NCBI RefSeq assembly: GCF_018350175.1
Contig: NC_058383.1
Location: 8,310,001 to 8,374,000 of the forward strand
From: Felis catus
Taxonomy: Eukaryota
Direction: 5' to 3'
DNA: 64,000 nt
In this document: positions 25,465-38,202 of the stretch, one piece after another
Layout of the letters: each line of letters starts with the position of its first letter
Numbering within the stretch: position 1 is the first letter of the stretch
The notes under the pieces: generated by a model
Seen by the model: the letters and a program-made list of their open reading frames with translations, nothing else
Told to the model about the DNA's origin: nothing
Database searches by the model: none
Made by a program: the position numbers and the translations under genes

Positions 25465-26186
25465 TGGGGTTTTGTCACCTCTTAAAAAAGCATGTGCAAC
25501 CCTTCAGCCTCCGTCCTGAGAGGTCTTTTGTGAGGTGGCCGCTGGTCCCTCAGCATTCTGGTGGAGGTCCATGTGCCCAGCCCTGCACCGTGACGCTGCG
25601 TCCCGTGCTGTGCCTGGGGCCAGGTGAGCTAGATGCGCCCACAGCCCCAGAAAGCAGCCCTATTATCATCCCCGTTTTTGCGTGTGAGGAAAGGAAGGCT
25701 GGGGAAAAGGAAGTGGCCTGCCAGTCACGTGACTTCGGGCAAGTCACACGATCCTAGAAGGGGCCGCCGCAAGGAGGGAATGGACGTCTGTGGCAACGTC
25801 CGGCACATCACAGGTGCTCAAAAGTGGCGTTCCCTCCTCTGGACGTCTCTGTTAGGGGGCCGGTTGGCAGAATGGGGTCTTGTCCACACGAGCCTGCCCG
25901 AGATGGCTGGGCAGGTGGAGGCCACGGAGCGGGGGTATTGGGCCGAGGGCTTGGACTCAGGGGAGACTTGGCCACACTCCCCAGACATCTAAAGGGCTGT
26001 CACGGGTGGGGAAGGAGCCAGGGTCTCCTGGGGATGACTAGCAAGCACATCTGGGCCCGAGGGATGAAGAAGGAGAGGTGACCCCGAGGCAATTCCAGGA
26101 GAGGCAGTGGACTTCTCATTGGTGGGGGTGTTGAGACAGAGTCGAACAGCACATTGGGGTGACCTGATGACACTTTTTAAAGGTGA

Positions 26187-26391
26187 CTTTTTAATGTTTA
26201 TTTTTGAGAGAGAGAGCGTGAGCAGGAGTTGGGGGGAGGGGCAGACAGAGAGGGAGACACAGACTCCAAAGCAGGCTCCAGGCTCTGAGCCGTCAGCACA
26301 GAGCCCGACGTGGGGCTCGAACCCGCGAACCACGAGATGGTGACCTGAGCCGAAGTGGGACGCCTAACCGTCTGAGCCACCCAGGCGCCAC
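26187..26391 (-). mobile_element. CanSINE
   Basis: TSD-like ctgatgaca. Confidence 0.92.
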
Positions 26392-28089
26392 TGATGACAT
26401 TTAAAGCATAATCTGACTCCACTTAATTGGGCCCCCTGCTCCGCTGTCCCCACCCAGAGAAAGCAGAGAGTGTGAGAGTTGGAAGTCGTCTTTCGACATC
26501 TAGGCCAAACGCCATCTGTTATGGATGGGGAAATTGAGGCCCGGCCGCCCAGAGCTGGAACACGACACTTGCTGAAGATAACGCGGTTTAGTTACAGGCT
26601 AGACGCTTGGCCTCCTGCTTGTCTCCCTTCGGAAAATCCTGAGACATGAGGAGCCTTATCCTGGGCTGTCTCCCCACCCCCACCTCCCACAGCCCTTGAA
26701 TTCTCCAGCCCTGCCCTTCCCCCTCCCCTCTGCCTTGGTTCTGCAGAGGGAGCGACAAGGGGTAAAGGCAGACCCATTCAGAGCCTTTAGGACAAATGTT
26801 TGAGAGTCACCAATTACCTGATCCTCAAAGCCCTGCCTTTGACTTCCTTCCTGCGGGTCTTGATGGTTGGGGCCCGGCCACGACTGTGGAATCCCGTCCC
26901 GACTGTGACAGGCATATTGCAAGCACATGTTTGCTGTCCGCAGGCTGCTCGCAATAAACCCATGCTGAAAACCACATTAAAATGAGCTGGAGGAGAGGGA
27001 ATCACTTTGTAACATGCTTTATTTTATTTTATTTTTGACTTGGAAAGAAGCATGTCTTGGCCGCTAATCAAAGAGTTGGTGGGGGCCTCTTAGCAGAAAC
27101 CAAACCGGTCCTGGGCCAGACGCAACCCCCCCCTCCCCCGCCCCAGGCCCCCTCGGACGGCAGCTCCGGCTCGAGGGAGCTGAGAAGGCGCCCCCGGACC
27201 ATGGGTGGGCCGCGTGGCTGGTCCAGAAGCTGGAGGTGGGTCCTTGGTGCCAGCCCTGTGTCCACTGCATCCAGGCTGTGGGATCCTGTAGCTCTTCCTT
27301 CTTTTTGACTGGCTGCAGCGCTCCTGGGGCGTCAGGACTCCATTTGTTCCCAGAAACACGAAGTCCTTTGCGTCAGGAATCGGGCTCTTGTGGCCCTCGT
27401 GGAGAGGATATTTAAGGATCGTTTTGGCAGAAGAGGAGGACGGGGACTCAGTCCCCCAGTGGTGGGGTGGAAGACCATCCTGTCTTCGCCTGACTCTCTC
27501 CAAGACCACGGGATGGTCTGGACCATTGTAAGATCCCCAGTGAGAAGTGCTGGCATCTCAGGCTGACGGGTCGTGCTCTGGGATTCATCCCTGCGCAGCC
27601 AGCCACCCTCTGGCCGTCCGTCTTAGATCCACACGGCGCCCTCACCCCCTGCAAGTCCAAGGCAACCCATCACCATGCCCTAGAACCTTCCAACCGTCCT
27701 TGCTCGAATCCATCGCCTCCTCTCTGGCCGTCTGTTTCTTAGTTCAGACCTCGCCCCCCCATCAGCTGGACCACCCCAGCCGCCTCCGGTCCAAAAAGGC
27801 AACTAAACATCCCCTTCCCTGCTTCAGACCCTTCTGGATATAAGCCAGACAGCGCGGCCACTGCCGAGCGTTGTCTTTGTGCAGATTAGGAGGCGGTGGC
27901 TCTTGACTGCCATCTGCTGGAAGACAGGTGTAATAAGTCTGTGGATCTGTGTGGAGTGATGGTGCCCCCTAGGGTTGTGCACGCACAGCGTCCTGCATCC
28001 AAACATCTCGCGGCCTTCGAGATCCTGGGGACCCTCATGCCTCCTGCCCCTTTTGCCCATTCAGATCTTACCCTCCAATGACATTGAGC

Positions 28090-28265
28090 TGTTTGGGGCT
28101 CCATGGTTAAGAAAGTGGACTCGGGGAAATGCATCCAATCAGCTTCCTCATCTGTGAAATAAACGGGCATAATAGCGTGATGCTCTTCAGGGGGTTGTCG
28201 TGAGGACCTTCCTGAGTTAATACTCGTCAAATGTTTAACATAGGGCTTGACACACAGAAATACTA
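28090..28265 (+). mobile_element. MIR remnant
   Basis: tcagcttcctcatctgtgaaat...ggttgtcgtgagga...gcttgacacacag. Confidence 0.65.
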
Positions 28266-28759
28266 TATTGGTATTTTTTCTCTTATTGTTTTCTTTCACT
28301 TCTGTCTTTTGGTGTGCGTTCCTTCGGCTGGGAAATGTCTCTCTCCCACCCCGTTGTGCGTCTTTGATTGGTCAGTGTCTCATCATACCTCCAGGCTCCC
28401 CAGTCCCTGGGTGACCCTCAGACACGGCTCTGACAAAAGCTTTCCTAGTCCCTTAGATGTTCCTGGGCTCCCCGCCAGCAGGAATGAGGTTGGATTTGGG
28501 TCTGAATCTTCAGGCCCCCAAACTTCCCAGAGCTTGTCCTGAAAATCACCTCGACTCATTTTGAGCATTTTGCTATTCAATACTGATTTTAAGCCAAGCC
28601 TCCGTTATATGGGATCTCAGTTCAAAATGGTAAAGTAAATTAAATATTCCTTGGTGAATGCCATTTATTTAGTAGGGTCAGCCCTTTTACAAACAGAGCT
28701 AAGGGGGGGAAAGGGGATATTAACAACTAACAAGAATTGACCGCGACAGTGAGCTCCTC

Positions 28760-28915
28760 CTGTGACTCACTTGTGGAACCCTCACAAGAACGTCAACTTT
28801 ATTCACAGTCCCATTTGACAGAAGAGGACACTGAGGACTTGGGGTTAAGAAACTTGCTCAGGGTCCCTAGGCCAGTAAGCCGGACCCGGGATTCCAGCTT
28901 GGTCTGACTGATCTC
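28760..28915 (-). mobile_element. MIR remnant
   Basis: cccatttgacagaagaggacactgagg...ttaagaaacttgctcagggtc. Confidence 0.65.
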
Positions 28916-30559
28916 AGCAAGAGGTGGGGAAGCATGCCGGTCTGAGGGCTGCGGGCTCCTTCCTGCCTTGAAGTCCTAGGCCCGGAGATATGATGGGGGG
29001 GGGGGGGGCAGGGCCAGAAGCCCCAGAGCCACAGGAAGGGAAAGGGGAAGCCAGGCGCAGCGGGAAGGGTTTTGCCCTCTGACTCTTTGCTTGGTGTCCT
29101 GGCCCTTCCCGTAGGAGCTGTGGGATTGTACCCTGGGAAGAAAGAAGTGAAATGGGCTTCGGGCATCCGAGGATCAGAAGCTCTGTAGCCCGCTGTGTGG
29201 CCCTGGGGGAGTCACTAACCTCTCTGAGCCTCAGCTTCATCGTGCTAACAGCACATCTGCCTCCGGCTTGAGCGCAGACAACTGGGGAGACAGGCTGTAT
29301 AAATCGGCCCAAAGAGAAGCAGTGCCTGTGGGGCAGAACTTCTCTAGTGAGGGTGGCAGTTACCCTTTTGAAAGGAGTCGGAAGCCTGGGACTGAGGGAT
29401 TTGCAGATCAAACCGGAAGTGGTGCCATTGCAGACCGAGGCGCTTTCCTACTGGGGCATGACTTTGTCCGTCATTCCTGGGGCGGGGCTTACGCAGCAGA
29501 ACAAAGCCAGGGAGATCAGGGTGGACACGTCCTTCTGGGGCTTAGCCTGGGGAAAGCTCTGTGACCTCAGTTGGAGAGAACTTCTTGGCTGAGGGGCCTG
29601 AGAGGGATGGGGCGGGGGCATCGGGGCACCCGGACTAGGGAAACGTATCCTGTGGTTTGTCATAGATTTTCTGGTTTGTTCATTTCTTTTCAAAAATAAT
29701 GTGTTGAGGTCAAACTCACATAACATGAAGTTAACCATTTTAAGGTGGCATTTAGCGCATTCACCCACTGTGTTATGCCACTACTACCTCTCTGTGATTC
29801 CAAAATATTTCCATCGCTCTAACGTAGAACCCCATAACCCATTATGCAGATCCTCCCGTTCTCCCCCACCCCACCCTCAGCCTCTGGCAACCATCCCTCT
29901 ACAATTCTGTCTCTGGAGATTTGGCTATTCTGATAGGTCACATGGAGAGAATCACAACATAGGACTCTGCATCTGGCGTCTTTCACTTAGCATAATGTTT
30001 TGGAGGTTCATCGACATCGTATCGTGTATCTGTACTTCTTTATCACGGCTGGATAATATTCCGCCGTGTGCTGATCCGCTCATCCAGTGGTGGGCATTTG
30101 GGCTGTTTCCACTTCTTGACTCTTGTGAAAAGTGCTACTGTGAACAGTGAGCCTGTGTGTACCTTGTTGTTTGAGTACCGTTTTCACGTCTTACGGGTGT
30201 ATATCCAAGAGTAGAGTTGGTAGGTCACTGCTGATTCTATGCTTAACCTTCTGAATAACCACCAAACCGTTGTCCTTAGCAACAGAACCATTTTTTTCAT
30301 CAGCAATGTATGGAGATTCCAGTTTCTCCACACCTTTGCCAATACTGGTTATTTTCTGTATTTCTTCAGTTACCTTTTCATTAGCGTTAGCGTATCGTAT
30401 CTTCCTCCACTCTTACATTTAACCTGTCTGTGTCTTTAAGTGGGTTTCTTATCAACAACATAAATTTGGTTCTTCAGCATTTTTTTCCATTAAAATTAGT
30501 ATTCATATTCTTGAAATATCTATTATATTTGTCACTGTTTTCTGTTGCCCTTGTTCTTT

Positions 30560-30779
30560 CTTCTTTTTTTAAAATGACTATTTTTTAAAGAGAAAGAGAG
30601 GGAGACAGAGTGCAAGTGGGGGCGGGGCGGAGAGAGAAGGGGAGACACAAAATCCCAAGCAGGCTCCAGGTTCTGAGCTGTCAGCACAGAGCCTGACACG
30701 GGGCTCGAACTCACAAATGGTGAGATCATGACCTGAGGTGAAGTTGGACTCTTAACCGACTGAGCCACCCAGGCGCCCC
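30560..30779 (-). mobile_element. CanSINE
   Basis: Consensus body and head. Confidence 0.93.
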
Positions 30780-31126
30780 GTGTGTCTTCTTAGGAGAATT
30801 ATATTCAGGTCCTTTGGTCTTTTTAAAATTAGGTTGTTTGTCTTTTTATGTTGAGTTGTAAGATACATTCTGGATAATATGAATTGCAAATATTTTTCTC
30901 ATTCTGTAGGTTGTCTTTTCACATTGTTGACAGTGTTCTTTTTGATGGACAAATGTTTTTAATTTTTACGGAGTTTGATAATTTTATCAATTTTTTCTTT
31001 TGTTACTTGTGCCATTGGTGTCATATCTAAGAATCCATTGCCAAATCCAAGGTCATGAAGACTTATCATGTGGTTTCTTCTAAGAGTTTTATGATTTTTA
31101 GCATTTGAATTTAGTTTGTTGGTCCA

Positions 31127-31156
31127 TTTTTTTTTTAAGTTAAACATTTTTTTTTG

Positions 31157-31192
<36 letters not shown>

Positions 31193-31367
31193 AGAGAGAG
31201 AGTGAGCACGAGCTGGGAAGGGGCAGAGAGAGAGGTTGAGAGAGAGAATCCCAAGCAGGCCCCTTGCTGTCAGTGCAGAGCCCAACATGGGGCTTGATCC
31301 CACCAACCGCAAGGTCATGAGCTGAGCCGAAATCAACGCATAACCAACCGAACCACACAGAGGCCCC
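31127..31367 (-). mobile_element. CanSINE with long poly-A, inserted in L1
   Basis: TSD-like tccatttt. Confidence 0.9.
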
Positions 31368-32606
31368 TAATCCATTTTGAGTTAACTTTTGTATATGGTG
31401 TGAGGTAGGGGGTCTAACTTCATTCTTTGCATGTGGATATCCTGTGTTCTCAGCACCATTTGTGCAAAAGCTGTTCTTTCCCCACTGAATGATCCAGGCA
31501 CCCTTCTTGAAAATCAGTTGGCTGAAACATATGCTTTTTGTTTGTTTGTTTGTTTTGTTTTTTAAAGTTGGGTGTTTTCCCTGGCTCTGCCACTTTCTAG
31601 TGTGTGCTGTGGGGAGAACCTTATTCTCTCTAGGCCTCCATTTCTGTGTTTGTGAAATGAAAACCTTGGCTTTCCTCCCCACTGAGGCTGTATGGCAGTC
31701 TCCAAGGGGCCCCATGTTTTGAGTTGGCTTTGCCAGTACAGGGTGGGGACTATCCCTTCCTTGCCACCACTTCCTGCTGATCCTTCTCTGGCTTCTGCAG
31801 AGGGAGCGTTTCCCTTTTTCTTCGGTTTAGCTACTGAAAACCTGGAGGGTCTGCCAGCCTCTCGCACCTCATTCTCCCCACGGCCCATCTGGGGGAGGGA
31901 TGCTAGTCTTTCCCATATACCTTGTTGCTGCTTTATTCTGCAACTCTAAAAGAACTTGCCCAGTAAGTTGGAAGTGAAATCCCCAAGTCAGGGCCAAGTC
32001 TCCTCTGTGATGCCAGGATTACACTTCTGTTGGGGGTGGGAAGTGTGGCGTGATACTGGGATTACCACAGTCCTGAAGAGGCCGTAATAGTCAAGCCCTA
32101 ACAGATGCCCACCCCACACCTCCCTTCCTCTCAACAGTGCCTGATGCTAACCCGTGTTTTTCCTTTCTTCTCAAGGAAGAAAACTCACATCTGTATAGGG
32201 CGCTTGCTAACTCCGGGTCAGGCTGGCTGGGTGTGGGTATGGTGGAGATTCCTGCTGCCTTGCTCCTGTAATTCTTACCATAGCCATGTGAGGGCAGTAG
32301 AGTGGCCCACAGGACAGGTAAGGACACAGGCTTCCTGGGAGGCCCTGGGAGAGGTTCCTCAAGTGCTGATGTAGATCTCTGCTGGGAAGGGTTGGGGCGG
32401 GTGTCACTACCTCCCTGCTCACCTTCCTTTTGGGGACAACCTGAAGGAACTCCTCAGACTTTTGCCAAAACTTGCAAGTTCAGTGTTCTCCAGCAGTTGG
32501 TGGTTTCTGTCCTAGAGATGTGACTCTTTGCTTCATCTTCTAGAAAACCTCAAGCCCCATGTGTATCTCATGGTTGACGATTGTGGTGGTGGTTTGTCCA
32601 GTTCCG

Positions 32607-32834
32607 TTTTTTCTTTTTAACAAATTTTTTAAGTTTATTTTATTTATTTATTTTGAGAGAGAGAGTACACATGAGCCAGGTAGGGGCAGAGAGAGAGGAG
32701 AGAGAGAATCCCAAACAGGCTCCGCACTGTCAGTGGAGAGCCCGATGTGGGGCTTGGACTCTTAAACCATGAGATTGTGACTTGAGCTGAAATCGAGAGT
32801 TAGATGCCCGACCGACTGAGTCACCCAGGTGCCT
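32607..32834 (-). mobile_element. CanSINE (cluster copy 1 of 4)
   Basis: Consensus body. Confidence 0.9.
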
Positions 32835-32889
32835 CTCTTTTTAAAAAAAAAAAAAGTTTATTTATTTATATTGTTTTATTAAATTTTTT

Positions 32890-33100
32890 GGGGGGGGCGC
32901 CTGGGTGGCTTGGTCAGTTGAGCAACCGACTTCGGCTCAGGTCATGATCCCACCGTTTGTGAGTTCAAGTCCTGCGTCAGGCTCTGTGCTGATGGCTCCG
33001 AGCCTGGAGCCTGCTTCTGATTCTGTGTCTCCCTCTCTCTGCCCTTACCCCACTCATGCTCTGTCTCTCTCTGTCTCAGAAATAAACAAACATTAAAAAA
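32890..33100 (+). mobile_element. CanSINE (cluster copy 2 of 4)
   Basis: ggggcgcctgggtggcttggtcagttgagc. Confidence 0.93.
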
Positions 33101-33128
33101 TTTTTTTTTTAATTTGTTATTTTTTAAC

Positions 33129-33344
33129 CTTTTTTTTTTTTTAACATTTATTTATTTTTGGGAGACCAAGAAAGACAGAGGGCAAGAGGGGGAGGGGCAG
33201 AGAGAGAAGACACAGGATCCGAAACAGGCTCCAGGTTCTGAGCTGTCAGCACAGAACCCGATGGAGGGCTTGAACCCATGAACTGTGAGATCATGACCTG
33301 AGCCGAAGTTGGGCACTTAACCCTTGAGCCACCCAGGCGCCCCC
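33129..33344 (-). mobile_element. CanSINE (cluster copy 3 of 4)
   Basis: Consensus body and head. Confidence 0.93.
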
Positions 33345-33552
33345 TGTTTGTTTGTTTGTTTATTTATTTATTTATTTTAGAGAGAGCGTGAGCAGGGGAG
33401 GGGCAGAGAGAGAGGGAGAGAGAGAATCCAAGCAGGCTCCATGCTGTCAGCGCAGAGCCTGATGCGGGGCTCGAACTCACAAACCATGAGATTATGACTT
33501 GAGCCAAAATCAAGAGTCAGACGCTTGACTGACTGAGCCACCCAGGCACCCC
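33345..33552 (-). mobile_element. CanSINE (cluster copy 4 of 4)
   Basis: Consensus body and head. Confidence 0.93.
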
Positions 33553-36500
33553 GCCCCCAATTCTGCTTTTTATACCTTTGTTCACTCCTGGTTTCACTTG
33601 CCTTTTCTGCCCTGCTGTTTCCTCCCCTTCGTCCTTCCACCTGCTCCCGACCTGTTGGCCTGGCATGAGTGTTAGCATCTCCAGACCATCCTCCCCCACT
33701 TCCTCGTCTGTAAAAGGAGGGACCGAACTGGACCTCAGGCAATGGTTTTAACATTTAGGGAGTCTTGCATTTCCTACTCTTGAGAATCGGACAAAGCTTT
33801 AGACAGTTTTTCCTAGAACATGCCCAGGCAGGGACGCACGTGCTCGCAGCTTCCAAGGGTTCAGAGACTGTGAAAACCTCTCCGGGATTGTCCTGAGCTC
33901 TCCTGAAGGAGCCTGTATCCGAGGTCTTTTGGATGAGGTGATAGAGCGAGGAGGGATCACCCTCAATCCTTGCCCGGCCCCATTTCCCACGACGTAAGGG
34001 TGGCTTTTCAAATTCTCATTGCCTGCCTACCTGAGTGGCCCAGAGCTTTCTCAGCAGGTCCTTGCCGACAAATACATTTCATTCTGACAGAGCGGTAGAC
34101 CCGTTTGGCTCCCCCTCAGACCTCATAAGTGGGGAAGAAACCAAATGCTGTTGGGGAGCAGAGCGGCGTGCCCAGGAGACGGGCTCAAAGTGGAAGTCAC
34201 CCAGCTTCCGGCTGACCTTGGACAAAGCCTGGGCGGCAGGAAATGGGGCTAAACCGGGAACCCCCCAGTGGGAGCAGGGAACGTGGGTCCCTCTTTACAG
34301 GGAAGGAATAAAGATTCCTCTGCCTCTTCCCATAAGTGGGGCTCATGTCTGTTTCCCCGAGCTGGGACTGAGTCACAAAAATTCTTTTATGATCTGTTTT
34401 CTGGCCCTCGCCCCTGTTGTTTTTGGAAATCTGTAAGCAACATCCTAAATTTCCTCTGCCTAATTTTAGTCTCTGGGAACCGCAGCCAGATGATGTCAGA
34501 CTGAATATTAGATGCCATTGGTCTCCCGAGGCCCCGGCTCTGTCACCGGCCTCCTGCTGCCACCCCCAACCCACAGGCTCAGGTGGGAGATGTCACAGTC
34601 ATCAGCCACAGCAGGAACCTTACTTCTCTATAGGAAATGCCCTCAGCATTTGGTACCCTAAACGCAGGGCCGGGAAAGGTTTTCCCAAAGGGAAGGGGCA
34701 GTTCTCTCTTCATCAGGAAGCTTCTCAGGACACCCGGTGCATGCCAAGAGCCTACTGTGTAGCCAAGAGAAATGGGCAACCAAGTCTGACCTCATTATCT
34801 GGGGGCATTTCCAGGTTCCCAGGCTCTGAGGCTTATACAACTTGAGGGACTTTTAAAGAAAAAAGAATACGTAGAAAACTTTATGTTTATGGAAACCCCT
34901 GAGCACGTGAATGCATGGCCCAGGTTTCTGTCGCGGCCTCGAAGGAGCCCTTGGGAAGGAAGGTTCTAGAATCGTAAGCTTTGCGGTGAAGCCACTTTTG
35001 CTTCTCATTCCCTTTGTGAAATTGTTCACCAGCTTCTGCCCTTCTGAGAATAAATAGCAGGCCCCTTAGCAGGCTCTCAGGAGGGCCTCCCCTCCTCTCC
35101 TCTTTCCCGCCGACCTCAGATGCCCCACGTTCATGGCAACGGAGGCCGAGCTGATGCTGGCCTGCCAGCAGGCCTTGTGCACTGCCCAGGATGGGTCAGA
35201 CTGACGCCCCCTCCCTTGACAGGCCCCCAGGGCCCCAGCCACGGAGGGTCTGCCTCTCTCGGAGCCGCCTGAGCCCCAGCTGGGCTCTGGATGCCGGGCC
35301 TCCAAGAGCTCAGGGACGCAGCCCTTCCAGGGTGGACGTTAGGGACGGAAGCCTCTCCCTGGGAGGCACGGGAGTCTGTTTCCTTATCTTCAATCGAGGT
35401 AAACAGCTTTGCCTGCCTTTTCACATAGAAAGCGAAGATGCTTTGGTCGCTCCCTGAGTCTGCACTTGGCCCGGGTTCTGCAGCCTTTGATCAAGCCCAC
35501 GGCCCCCGTGTCGTGTCCCGGGCTGGGGGCTGCAGTTCCCTTATAAACAAGTGGTGCTAAGCACCCTCGTGTTCCGCTGGGACCCTGAACTGCCGGCCTG
35601 GGCCCCTGGCCCTTCCGTGTTCATTGTTCGACCCTGATGGAGGTGGGGGGCGGGGGGGGGGCACACACAGCAGCCTCTTCCCTTCCCCTCACGCACAGGC
35701 CCACGTGACACAACCCACGCTCCTGCACACAAGACCCACGTGAGCAAAACGCACACAAAAACACGCACACGCACGGGCCCGCGGGACTGCGCCGCATCGA
35801 CACGCGCACGCGTGAGAACGCACTCTCGCACGTGGGCACACATGCCATGGGCTTCTGAACCCGCCCTCTGGAGGCTTCTGGGGGCTTCTTTTGCTCCTGT
35901 AGGAGGCCAGCCTGGAGCAGAAAGAGCCCCGGAACTGGAGGGGGAGCACACTGGTCCTGCCTCACTGCTGGGTCGGCTGACCGTCTCCATGTGCCGTGTC
36001 CCTGCCTATGAAATGAGGATTCGGGGAGCACCGTCCTGACCATCCTAGGCCAGAGGGAATAACGCTCCGTATGTTGTCACTGTCCCCTGGGGGGGTGTGT
36101 TTTTGGTGAACAAGGTGGACCCTACTGGGTTCCCGGGAGCCTGGCCGCTGGCCCCCAAATGTGCAGTTCTCCACCCACACTGAGAGCAGAGACGCCTCAC
36201 TGAGGCTGGTGAACTTGACAGTAAGGCTGCTGGCCTGGCCCCGGGGGCAGAGGGCTTGCCGAGGGGCGGGCCCGGACCCTTCCCCGGACACTCCAGGCGG
36301 GACCCAGATGCGGGCAGGATGGAACCGGGAGCACGTGTGTGGCCATCCCGTCTCCGCAGCACAGGGGCTCTCCTGAGCTGGCCACATGAAGCGATTCAGA
36401 AGCACGGAGCGTCCCCTTCTTTTCACGAGGGTCCCGTCTGAGCCCGGGGAACAACCGGTGGCTCCCCGTGAGCGGGGACCTCTCTGGGCCCCGGAAGCAT

Positions 36501-38147
36501 TCGGCAGCCTGCAACTTGGAAAACTGAAGCCCGCTTAGGTCAATAGGGGGCCTCCAGGGGGGCGGGCAGTAGGGCTGGACCCCGTTTCAGGGCCGGGACT
36601 CCTGGGGGCTCAGTGTGAGGACCGCAAACCGAACTCCCAGCTTCATAGCATTGTTGTGGGGATAAAATGAATTAATATACGCAGTGTGCCTAGCCCCCTG
36701 TGTCAGTTGTAATTAGTATTACCGTCCCAGCAGAGAGAAATCATAAAACGGTGGAACTGACCAATGGGCTGACCCCTCTTCTGCAAGGTCACTCCTGTGG
36801 GGCCTGCATCCCGGGCAGCGGCAGGAGCCAGCCGAGTCCTCCTGGGCTCGCACGGCGGTGCTACCACTCACCCTGGCCAGGAGGGGGCCTTGGGGGCCTC
36901 AGTTTCCCCATCCGTCAATGGAGACGAGAGGGCCCACATCACAGGGATGGTGTGTGAGGGGGCAGGGGTCAGGGAAGAATGACAGCTGCTTCAGGAACCA
37001 CAGGCCGCTGAGTGCGGTGCAGAGGGAGGACGTGGGAAGGGTGGGGGTCGGGGAGGCAGGCTGGGGATGCAGCGGCTATACTCCGAGGGCCTCGAAGGAC
37101 GAGTCTAGGAGTTTGGATTTCACACCACAAGGGATGGGGGGGCCTGTTGTCCCGTGGATGGGAGACTTGCTGTCAGGGAGCTGGCAATGCCCCGAGGAAC
37201 CCTAGCCAGGCTGACACGGCTGTACGGTGGAGAACTTTCTAGGACTCATGTCACCCCGGTCTCTGGGCTAGCTTTGTCCCTGACTGGCTGTGTATTCTTA
37301 GGCAGATCCCTACCCTCTCTGGGCCACTGGCTATATCCAGATAAGCTGGGGCTTGGCTTCAGTGTTCGCCAAGGGACGACCCGCGGGCACAGCTCTCACA
37401 GGCCTCCCGGGAGTACAGACCAGCCCCAGTTGCCGGGAAAGGGATATCGTGGCCGGGGACGGGTCGCTGGGCCACTGGCAGAGCCCAGACAGACCTGAGC
37501 TGGAGCCCGGGCTCCCAGCGTCATCTTGGGAATGTTTAAAACTTGGGAAGGTTTGAAAATTGCCCAAGTGCCACTTTTCCATGCCAGTAATTCTGCCTTG
37601 TTTATATACTGGTTCCACCACCCTCGGGAAGCCCTCCTTGAATCACTTGCCCCAGCCCTTGGCTCCTTTGGCTTGCTGTTGCAATGGTCTTGCGGGCTAT
37701 CTCGCCTGGGGCGTGGAGCTATGAAGAGCTCTGTGTTCTCACTCCCTGAATCTCCAGTGCCTGGGACAGCGCTTGCTGGCCAGGGAGCTCAGCCGTGTTT
37801 GTCGAATGTCTGTGAGGTCATTTACTATCTACTGGTCCAAATATTCGGCGGTGGTAAGAGCTTTACTTTCCTTAGAAAGGATCCTGTGTTCCAGAATCTT
37901 CCAGGGTCATTTCCACCTGGGCAATTTCCATCAGGAGCTGATGCTGAAAGCCTGTCTTCCCCCCTTCACATCCAGTCTCAAGCCTGCCTCCCAGAGCCGG
38001 TAGCTGTTTGTTCCTGCCCACCTGGTCCAGACTCTCACAGGCCATCAGGCCCTGGGGCCCGAGGGGGAGCATTCCGCCTCTTGGCTTTTTGAGTCAGGTA
38101 TCAGCCTAGAATGTGCTATAGAGAAGGCTAAGCGACTACCCTGATGG

Positions 38148-38166
38148 GCGGGGGGGGGGGGGGGGG

Positions 38167-38201
<35 letters not shown>

Positions 38202-38202
38202 C
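38148..38202. repeat. Poly-G run followed by (TG)n
   Basis: Directly visible. Confidence 0.9.

Larger units (their letters stand above)
29695..31530 (-). mobile_element. L1 (L1MB-like) 3' end plus ORF2 C-terminal remnant, interrupted by two CanSINEs
   Basis: Minus-strand peptides LHDLGFGNGFLDMTPMAQVTKEKIDK and FSQLIFKKGAWIIQWGKNS are L1 ORF2p-like; 3' UTR-like aactcacataacatgaagttaaccatttt. Confidence 0.85.

Noticed and set aside
30532..30768. Recurrent peptides such as GAWVAQSVKRPTSAQVMIS in many ORFs
   Set aside because: These are translations of CanSINE copies, not a protein family.
34805..34995. Possible hAT-Tip100-like DNA transposon remnant
   Set aside because: Only a vague resemblance; I could not define termini or family.
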